This document shows, in pieces, positions 57,219-64,000 of a stretch of DNA of 64,000 nucleotides. The stretch is taken from NCBI GenBank assembly GCA_963675525.2, contig CAXXSL010000011.1, positions 320,001 to 384,000 of the forward strand. The letters are read 5' to 3'. This stretch comes from Anaerohalosphaeraceae bacterium. GTDB taxonomy: Bacteria > Planctomycetota > Phycisphaerae > Sedimentisphaerales > Anaerohalosphaeraceae. The position numbers were made by a program, and so were the translations under genes. The notes beneath the pieces are model-generated. The model saw only the letters and a program-made list of their open reading frames with translations. It made no database searches and was not told where the DNA came from. How positions within the stretch are numbered: position 1 is the stretch's first letter; each line of letters opens with the position of its first letter.

Positions 57219-59561
57219 TCAACTCTCCCGATTGTCCATTATTCTAACATCTGATTTGCGAGACTCCGGAGTGACTTTCAGCTCTATGACTTCTCCATTC
57301 CTGACGCGGCCTTCGACCGTTGTTTTGTGCGGAGCGTGCAGTTTAAAGTCGACGTCCCAGTCTTTCGGCCAGGCCGGCAGGAGATAAATCTTATTATCCA
57401 CAGCCTGCATGAGCATTTCCTGCAGGCCGATCATGCCGCTGCCTCCCCAGTTGTGGTCGGGCACCCAGTCATGGCCGGGGCCCCAGAATGTAGGGCATCG
57501 CCTGCCGGAATCACCCATTTTTTTTATTGTAATCTCAACAGCTTCGCTGGTCAACCCGAGCCGGGCGCAAAAAATAGCGTCCTGATGCCATGAGATATGA
57601 TTTTTCTGATCCGGGCGGTCCGCTCCATATTTCCATGTATCAATGGCAACCTGTAAGTCCGGTCTGCCTATTCCGTAAATCCCGTAGGGGAAAACAGGGT
57701 AGAGTTGCGGCAGTTCAATATTCTGGATACGTTCATATCGTTCGGCAGGTGCAATCGTCTTGCTTCCGTTTTTCTCCCGAAAGCTAATCGGCGGAATCCG
57801 CTCGAGGTACCCCTTATAATAGTCGCGTCTTTCGTCGGCCAGATAGGAGGCCGGCAGTTCTAAAAGCCGGGTGATGACAGTCCGTAATGCGGCTACCGTT
57901 GGTGCTGCATTTGTCGTCATTTTGTATGTCTCGCACGCCGTCCCCGGATAGAGCACCAGGTGCCCATTCTCATCCAGCCCCCGTGTCGTTCTGTGTAAAG
58001 ACAGCATCTGATAATGTTCATCGAAAAAGATCAGGCAGCTTTCAATAAGGGGCAAATATTGGCTTATATCATTTCCACAGTAGCGATGGTATTCAAGAAT
58101 CATCCAACAGAATTCCAGTGCCGTATCCCATTGGTACTCCACCCATGAATTGTACTGAATGCCGGGATCATAATAATCAGGGCGTTTCCAGCCGTATTCG
58201 AAGCCCACCGGCAAGGCAAAATTTTCCATCTGCTCGGTGAAACTGGCCCCATTGTGTCCCCAGTATACCTTTGTGCGAAGCTCGGCATTTTTCAGCGGTT
58301 TTAAATAAAAATCAAACTGCGGCGGCATCATGTCATAGTCTCCGCCTTTGAGCATCGGCCAGTAAACCAGCCGTTGATTCTGAGCAGTGAAGCTGCCTCC
58401 TCCCCAGCGACGATGATCCGGTGAATATTTGACACGACCGTCAACATATTCCGGATCATAGGTAAAAAGTCCTCCATTGAATTTGGTGGGATATTTGCCG
58501 TAGGCATTGCAACCGAGCTGGTAGCGAAACAGTTGATAATTCCGGCCGATTGTCCAGGGAATGTTATCGTTGGAATTTCCAGAAGGCTGTATAGCAATAT
58601 AACTGCGATTCCAGAATGCATCCCACCAAGCCAGTGTACGTTTACGGCTGTCGGCTTTGTCATAAGTGTTAACAAGACTATCAAGCCCTTGCTGCCACGC
58701 CTGTTGTGTTTCGGCAGGGTCAATATGCAGAAAAATGGACATGGCATGAGAAACTGCCGGTTTCTTGCTTTTCAGAATCCATGATTTGAAATCCGCACTG
58801 GCATAGCGGCCTTCGCCGGTGCCGGCCGGTGCCATATCTTTGCCGCGCACCAAACCGCCCGAAGTGAGATTTTTAATCGGATTCCACATCTGATCTTTGA
58901 CTGCCGTCAATCCCTGCTGCTCCACACATAGGTCAAAAGCGTTGGGCTTGTTAGTATCATTGCGGTGATAGGCGAGAATGCCATTATCCTTGAATGCAAT
59001 AATATCTTTACGAACAAGGGGCTTGACCGGAGCGCTTAGGTATGAGCGAGTACTCTGAATTTCTCCGCCAGTGAGCTTACGGTCGGTTGTCCGCCAGGAT
59101 TCATAACTTGCTTCGACAGATATCGGCTCTTTGGAGTCAATCTCCACATGAACTACGGGCTTATGGGTGTCCACCCAGAGATTGATGGTTGCGGTTTGTC
59201 CATCTTTTTGGCCGACGATTTCAACATACCCTTCTCTGAGTTTCAAAGTCTGACGAAAAACGTCCGTCTCCAGAAACGGATTGGGCGACAGTTTAATCCG
59301 CATCCGGCCAAACTTCATCAAGCAGTTATTTTCGTCAAAAGCACCGCTTTGTGACATGTAACATAAAATGTCACCGTTTTCAACCCAGACATTCAGACCG
59401 ATATCACCGCCGCCGCAGGGCATGGACTGGCCGGCATGAAGGCTCGGACTGCCCCAAACCAGGTTATAGGCATCCATGTCAATACCTGCTGTTGCGAATC
59501 CCTGAAATGTTGTTAAAAAAAATGTGCAAACAACCGTGATAAAATACGTGTTTTTTTTCAT
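57219..59561 (-). CDS. Secreted DUF5703 / GH95-like (alpha/alpha)6 glycoside hydrolase
   Basis: Signal peptide; SMPCGGGDIGLNVW; PTKFNGG; RRWGG...QNQRLVYW; ELPQLYPVFP; SWHQD; DWVPDHNWGG; LLPAWP.DWDV.FKLHAP. Confidence 0.75.
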   Translation of the reverse strand: MKKNTYFITVVCTFFLTTFQGFATAGIDMDAYNLVWGSPSLHAGQSMPCGGGDIGLNVWVENGDILCYMSQSGAFDENNCLMKFGRMRIKLSPNPFLETDVFRQTLKLREGYVEIVGQKDGQTATINLWVDTHKPVVHVEIDSKEPISVEASYESWRTTDRKLTGGEIQSTRSYLSAPVKPLVRKDIIAFKDNGILAYHRNDTNKPNAFDLCVEQQGLTAVKDQMWNPIKNLTSGGLVRGKDMAPAGTGEGRYASADFKSWILKSKKPAVSHAMSIFLHIDPAETQQAWQQGLDSLVNTYDKADSRKRTLAWWDAFWNRSYIAIQPSGNSNDNIPWTIGRNYQLFRYQLGCNAYGKYPTKFNGGLFTYDPEYVDGRVKYSPDHRRWGGGSFTAQNQRLVYWPMLKGGDYDMMPPQFDFYLKPLKNAELRTKVYWGHNGASFTEQMENFALPVGFEYGWKRPDYYDPGIQYNSWVEYQWDTALEFCWMILEYHRYCGNDISQYLPLIESCLIFFDEHYQMLSLHRTTRGLDENGHLVLYPGTACETYKMTTNAAPTVAALRTVITRLLELPASYLADERRDYYKGYLERIPPISFREKNGSKTIAPAERYERIQNIELPQLYPVFPYGIYGIGRPDLQVAIDTWKYGADRPDQKNHISWHQDAIFCARLGLTSEAVEITIKKMGDSGRRCPTFWGPGHDWVPDHNWGGSGMIGLQEMLMQAVDNKIYLLPAWPKDWDVDFKLHAPHKTTVEGRVRNGEVIELKVTPESRKSDVRIMDNRES

Positions 59562-59680
59562 ACAATTCTCTTCCTGTGAAAAATTATATAACAATCCGAT
59601 GTATGACAAAACTGTACAGGTAAAACACTCTATTGTAAAGTTTTAAACTCTAACCGTGTACCGCACACGCGCGATGCCGA

Positions 59681-59808
59681 TGTCCCTGTTGGCATCGGTG
59701 ACTTTAGTATAATACTCATGCAGGGTTTTGAGGTTTTGACCATCCTCCCAGTTCACAGAGGGTCTTGGGAGCAATGCCGTTCTCAGCCAGATCATATGCC
59801 CAACTTTA
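59681..59808 (-). pseudogene. Tyrosine recombinase/integrase 3'-end remnant, copy C
   Basis: Reads SWAYDLAENGIAPKTLCELGGWS, then a frameshift, then TLHEYYTKVTDANRD. Confidence 0.78.
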
Positions 59809-59839
59809 GAATCGCTCCGGTGACAAGCCGGAATATTCA

Positions 59840-61147
59840 TCAGTTGGTCAGGCCGGCGATGGCGGCGCCGATGAGGGTGGCGTTTTCGACGGTGATGATC
59901 TCGGTATAAATCCCGCGTTTGTCTTCGAGGTTTTGTTTGAGGTATGATTCCACGCAGGATTTGAGATTTTTCATGTGGTAGAAGGTCGTGCCCTCGGCGA
60001 CAATGCAGATCGGATGAGCCGAATCAGTGCCCCATCCGGATTTAATCGCCAAGGCCGATAGATTCACGGCCGCCAACTTGGCAGCGCGTTCGACCAATCG
60101 CTCAGCAACGGTGTACAACATTTGGACATCCTCCTGGTCGCCCTTTCGGCAAATATCGGCCAGCAAATTATTGCCGTTGGGGTCTAACATAAAATCATTC
60201 ATGTCGATGGTTGTTAGTTCGGCCATGTGATCAACTGCCTCGGTAACCGAATCGGACAAAAGACTATCGGCTGCGGCCTGTCGGATCGTAACCCAATACA
60301 ACGGACCCAGATAGGCACCCGAGATCATTTTTTCGAAAATATGAATACCCGGGTTGTTCGTGGACGCATCGTGCATCTTATCCAGTTCGCCCTGGTGTGT
60401 CCGAATCATGCCGCCGGACTCGGTATTGATGATCTGACTTTTTTCCGGGTCCAGCCCCCCTTGTTCGGTGATATTGGCATTGCTCTCGACATAACAGGCA
60501 TTGGTACCGGTACCGAGGATAAAACCGATATAACTGCTGAAATCGCGGCCTTCGTAACCCACTCCGGCCAGCAGCGTCGCGACCGTATCATTGAGCAGGA
60601 CGATATGTTTTTCTGTCCCCAATCCCATACTCGCGATAGCGAGATTGAGGTTTTCGCCGACTAATTGCCCGACCACTTCGGGAGCCTTGATCTCTTTGGC
60701 AAAACGTATCAGGCGACCGTCTTTGTTGGGCAAAATTTCCACGGGATAAGAAAAACAAAAGCCGACTTTGTCGGATGCCGCAATCACCTCTCGAAAATAA
60801 CCCGCCATCGCTTCAAAAAACGCCTTGCGGCTCAATTCAGATTCCGTTGCGGGCATGGCAAATTTTTGCAGGTTTTCAATGACCGCTTTCTTGTTTTCGT
60901 CGAAATGGACGGTTGCGACGCGGAAATTGGTCCCCCCCGCATCGGCCACGATAACCCGCTGATTAATCGGAATTTCATTTTTTGTTTCCAGAAAGGTCGG
61001 GATCATTTCCAGGCAGCTTTCCTGGCCCGCTAATCCGTGGGCCATCTGGTCTGAAAACACGGTCAGATTCTCTTCAAAATCGACGTCCAGGTGATCCATC
61101 CGGTAACGATGCAGAAAGTCCACCGCCTTTTGTTTTGTGTCATTCAT
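59840..61147 (-). CDS. Hexokinase (eukaryote-like HK family)
   Basis: EMIPTF, DAGGTNFRV, GFCFSYP, NDTVATL, ILGTGTNACY, INTESG, FEKMISGAYLG, IGAAIA. Confidence 0.9.
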   Translation of the reverse strand: MNDTKQKAVDFLHRYRMDHLDVDFEENLTVFSDQMAHGLAGQESCLEMIPTFLETKNEIPINQRVIVADAGGTNFRVATVHFDENKKAVIENLQKFAMPATESELSRKAFFEAMAGYFREVIAASDKVGFCFSYPVEILPNKDGRLIRFAKEIKAPEVVGQLVGENLNLAIASMGLGTEKHIVLLNDTVATLLAGVGYEGRDFSSYIGFILGTGTNACYVESNANITEQGGLDPEKSQIINTESGGMIRTHQGELDKMHDASTNNPGIHIFEKMISGAYLGPLYWVTIRQAAADSLLSDSVTEAVDHMAELTTIDMNDFMLDPNGNNLLADICRKGDQEDVQMLYTVAERLVERAAKLAAVNLSALAIKSGWGTDSAHPICIVAEGTTFYHMKNLKSCVESYLKQNLEDKRGIYTEIITVENATLIGAAIAGLTN

Positions 61148-61155
61148 CGGTATTC

Positions 61156-62139
61156 CTATGATTCGTATCCCTTCGGGTTTTCGGTATGGAATTTCCATGC
61201 ACTTTCGACAATGGCTTCCAGTTCGGGGTAATCCGTCGTCCAACCCAGTTGGCGCCGGGCTTTGGTCGCGTCGGCAGTCAGGACGGGCGGGTCGCCGGGT
61301 CGCCGGTCGGTTTCGACGATTTTGACGTCCTTGCCGGAAACATTTTTAACGGTGTCGATGACCTGCCGGACCGAATAGCCTGTACCGTTGCCGAGGTTAT
61401 AAAACTGCTCGGTTTCGTTGTCGAGTTTTTTCAGGGCCAGCAGGTGTGCCTTGCAGAGGTCTTCGACGTGGATGTAATCGCGAACACAGGTGCCGTCTTC
61501 GGTCGGGTAATCGGTGCCGAAAATCTTGATGTTATCACGTTTGCCCATCGCCGCCTGAATGATCAGCGGAATCAGATGCGATTCAGGACTATGGTCCTCG
61601 CCGATCTTGGCATCAAAACCCGCACCGCAGGCATTGAAGTAGCGAAGTGCTGCATACCGGATGATGTTCGACTGGCTGAGAAAATGACACATCCGCTCGA
61701 CCGCCCACTTGGTCTCGCCGTAGGGATTAATCGGATTTTTGATGATATCTTCGGTGATCGGAATGATATCGGGCATTCCATAGACCGCCGCCGTACTGCT
61801 GAACACAAATTTATTAACGCCGGCTTTGTCCATGGCCTCCAGCAGTGTGCGCGTTTTACTGACATTGTTTTCGTAATAGCGAAGTGGTTCCTGAACGGAC
61901 TCGCCCACTTCGATAAAGGCGGCAAAGTGCATGACCGCATCGATATTATATTTTTTGAGCGTTTCAACCGTAAAATCCAGATCGCCAAAGTCGCCGCAGA
62001 CAAATTCAGCATCTCTAACCGCAGCACGATGCCCCTTGCTGAGATTGTCAAACACGACCGGCCGATGGCCTTCCCGTGAGAGAGTCGCTGTCATATTGCT
62101 TCCGATGTAACCGGCCCCGCCGCAAACCAGAACATTCAT
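61156..62139 (-). CDS. galE: UDP-glucose 4-epimerase
   Basis: GGAGYIGS, HFAA...ES, FSSTAAVYG, YGETK, LRYFN, DGTCVRDYIHV, RRPGD. Confidence 0.95.
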   Translation of the reverse strand: MNVLVCGGAGYIGSNMTATLSREGHRPVVFDNLSKGHRAAVRDAEFVCGDFGDLDFTVETLKKYNIDAVMHFAAFIEVGESVQEPLRYYENNVSKTRTLLEAMDKAGVNKFVFSSTAAVYGMPDIIPITEDIIKNPINPYGETKWAVERMCHFLSQSNIIRYAALRYFNACGAGFDAKIGEDHSPESHLIPLIIQAAMGKRDNIKIFGTDYPTEDGTCVRDYIHVEDLCKAHLLALKKLDNETEQFYNLGNGTGYSVRQVIDTVKNVSGKDVKIVETDRRPGDPPVLTADATKARRQLGWTTDYPELEAIVESAWKFHTENPKGYES

Positions 62140-62705
62140 TGTGTCGTTTCCCTTTTGATCTTGTCAAGAATTTTCTTTTCGAGTGCCCGGTCCAAACCGT
62201 TGTCGAGCCATTCCATTTCTTCAAGTTGTTCATCGTCCAGGCCGAGGGTCTGTTTCGACATGCTGCTGACGGTATAGGTCCCCGCCATACGGATGATGCC
62301 TTCGATGGGCTTTTCGGGGATCGACAACTGCTGGACATAAACGCGACAAGCCAGACACGTGCGATTGGCGTCCGACGTTATTTCCATCTCAACAATCCGG
62401 CGAAGGCTTTGAACATTTGCTTCGGCAGCCGTGTGGACGGAAGCATTGTCCTGACGCCATATCTGGAAGAACTGCGCTCCGCTGAGCGGGCGAGTGCGAA
62501 TATAACGAGCTTCCGCGTCATATTTTTCGATGGTAAACTGCATTTGATCCAGCACTTTCTGTGCCGCTTCCATCGCATCGGAGACACCGACACCGGGAAG
62601 ACATAGCGGATCGGATGAAACAATCTGCTCAGGCTTGCCGCAACCCGTTACTGAAAACAGTATGACACCGACCACCATTAAAATAGAGAGTTTTTTCATA
62701 GTCAT
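62136..62705 (-). CDS. Hypothetical lipoprotein
   Basis: MTMKKLS...VTGC lipobox; overlaps the galE start by 4 nt. Confidence 0.7.
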   Translation of the reverse strand: MTMKKLSILMVVGVILFSVTGCGKPEQIVSSDPLCLPGVGVSDAMEAAQKVLDQMQFTIEKYDAEARYIRTRPLSGAQFFQIWRQDNASVHTAAEANVQSLRRIVEMEITSDANRTCLACRVYVQQLSIPEKPIEGIIRMAGTYTVSSMSKQTLGLDDEQLEEMEWLDNGLDRALEKKILDKIKRETTQ

Positions 62706-62844
62706 TCTTCCTGTATTTAAGAATATGGGTCGGATTATATCGTCAAACAGCCCTTCTCTCAAGCCTTAAGTCTGCCTTTTTTGTGCCCGCAAAAAGCTTT
62801 TTGAACAGATTCAGGGCCTTATGCCGATAACAAAATACGGGATC

Positions 62845-63786
62845 ATGATGCTGACGACACAGATACAATCTTTGCGAAATAAACTGCAGCCGCTGCCTTT
62901 GGGTAACGTTGTCGGGCAGTTTTTGGACTATTTGACGGTCGAGGCGGGGTTGTCGGACAATACCGTGCTCGCTTACGGGCGGGATTTGCTCCGGTTTGCC
63001 GAGCATTGCCGTCAGCAAAAAACCGACAAACTGGAAGCCATTCACCCGGTAACGGTTTACAGCTATCTGAAAAAATTATCCAAGGCCGGACAGGCCGAAA
63101 GCTCGATCGGACGGGGCCTGGTTGCGGTGAAAATGCTCCTTCGATTCGGGATATTGACGGGCCAGCTCAGCGAGGATATTAGCGATTGTCTTGAAAGCCC
63201 CAAGCAGTGGAAAAAACTCCCCGGCATCGCCAACAAAGACCAGGTGTTTCGCCTGATGGAGTCGCCTTGCCCGGATGATCCGTATTATCTGCGCGATAAG
63301 GCGATTTTGGAGTTGCTGTATGCCACCGGGGCACGGGCATCGGAAGTCGCGGGATTGGGCATCAAAGATGTAAATCTTACGGTGGGATATGTCCGCTGTT
63401 TCGGCAAGGGCCGGAAGGAGCGAATCGTGCCGCTGGGACGAATGGCCGCCGGAACACTGACGGCCTATCTGAAAGAACTTCGCCCGCAGTTACAAAAGAC
63501 GCAAAGCCCGGACACCTTATTCCTCACTCGCACCGGAGAAGGACTCGGCCGGATCGATCTGTGGCGGATTGTGAAAAAATACGCCCTGCGTGCCGGGATG
63601 CCGAAGGGATTGACGGTCCATACACTGCGGCATTGTTTTGCCACGCATTTACTCAGCGGCGGGGTCGATTTGCGAACCCTGCAGGAAATGCTGGGGCACG
63701 CGGATATTAAGACCACTCAGATCTATACGCATGTGGACAATGACCGTCTCCGTGCGATTCACAAAAAATATCATCCACGTGGATAG
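62845..63786 (+). CDS. xerD: Site-specific tyrosine recombinase XerD
   Basis: EAGLSDNT..AY.RDL; RDKAILELLYATGARASE; GKGRKER.VP; HTLRHCFATHLL..G.DLR..QEMLGHADIKTTQIYTHV; YHPRG. Confidence 0.9.
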   Translation: MMLTTQIQSLRNKLQPLPLGNVVGQFLDYLTVEAGLSDNTVLAYGRDLLRFAEHCRQQKTDKLEAIHPVTVYSYLKKLSKAGQAESSIGRGLVAVKMLLRFGILTGQLSEDISDCLESPKQWKKLPGIANKDQVFRLMESPCPDDPYYLRDKAILELLYATGARASEVAGLGIKDVNLTVGYVRCFGKGRKERIVPLGRMAAGTLTAYLKELRPQLQKTQSPDTLFLTRTGEGLGRIDLWRIVKKYALRAGMPKGLTVHTLRHCFATHLLSGGVDLRTLQEMLGHADIKTTQIYTHVDNDRLRAIHKKYHPRG

Positions 63787-63848
63787 AAAAGAGTCGACTT
63801 CGGCGGCTGAATAGATTCATCACTGCGTTCCGAATGAAAATTCATTGC

Positions 63849-64000
63849 TTAGTTATGCAATATTTGAATGTCTGTCGGTGAGTTGAGTTTGTATTTGATG
63901 CTGCGCCAGGTGATGGTACGTCCGACCGTCGAGATCAGGATGACAAACAGCAGGACCAGCGTAAAGAACCAGAAGAAGAAAATATCGGCGTAACGTACCG
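63849..64000 (-). CDS. 3' end of a membrane glycosyltransferase (GT2/GT21-like), truncated by the window edge
   Basis: Manual translation VRYADIFFFWFFTLVLLFVILISTVGRTITWRSIKYKLNSPTDIQILHN*; TM followed by an I.WR...Y motif. Confidence 0.45.
   Translation of the reverse strand, partial: VRYADIFFFWFFTLVLLFVILISTVGRTITWRSIKYKLNSPTDIQILHN

Noticed and set aside
448..63716. Many antisense or alternate-frame ORFs in the track (e.g. 14383..15195, 50193..50891, 61186..62079)
   Set aside because: They are shadows of well-supported genes on the other strand or frame and carry no recognisable motifs.
62845..63786. XerD as the integrase of the CAZyme array
   Set aside because: It has housekeeping XerD signatures (LGHADI.TTQIYTHV, HPR), unlike the remnants (GGWS...TLHEYY), and core genes separate it from the array.
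1..64000. CRISPR array or rRNA genes
   Set aside because: No regularly spaced short direct repeats with unique spacers and no rRNA-like sequence seen. The only long repeats are the integrase remnants and paralogous coding segments.

Overview
64 kb of chromosome from an anaerobic, polysaccharide-degrading diderm bacterium. Phycisphaerae/Sedimentisphaerales-like Planctomycetota is inferred from PEP-CTERM proteins, 'DxxxLAxxWL' dockerin-like tails, KdsB and a TM-type RNase Z homolog. In order, the window holds: glycogen/starch enzymes (GH57, debranching enzyme); RNase Z-like hydrolase; cold-shock protein; two tandem lipoprotein secretins with long coiled-coil tails; rimO-pgsA; a probable electron-bifurcating [FeFe]-hydrogenase operon with rex and a two-component pair; zwf; a ~9.7 kb PerR-type oxygen-defence cluster containing an NqrA-less NqrBCDE(x)F module and an unlisted rubredoxin; PIN/TRAM-MalY-MsrC; an ABC exporter; ftsW-murG; pyrG-kdsB; a PEP-CTERM locus pairing a cohesin-like anchor with a dockerin-bearing TIGR03790-like protein; PilT; a CxxCH sensor kinase; a frameshifted aspS; a 3'-truncated tRNA-Val(GAC); an ~8 kb accessory CAZyme region punctuated by three co-oriented remnants of the same tyrosine-integrase 3' end; hexokinase, galE and xerD. 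No CRISPR array or rRNA was seen. Best leads are the integrase-remnant-delimited CAZyme array, the NQR-like module in the O2-defence cluster, the cohesin-PEP-CTERM/dockerin pair and the tailed secretin pair. All family calls rest on motif recognition by eye; no database search was run.
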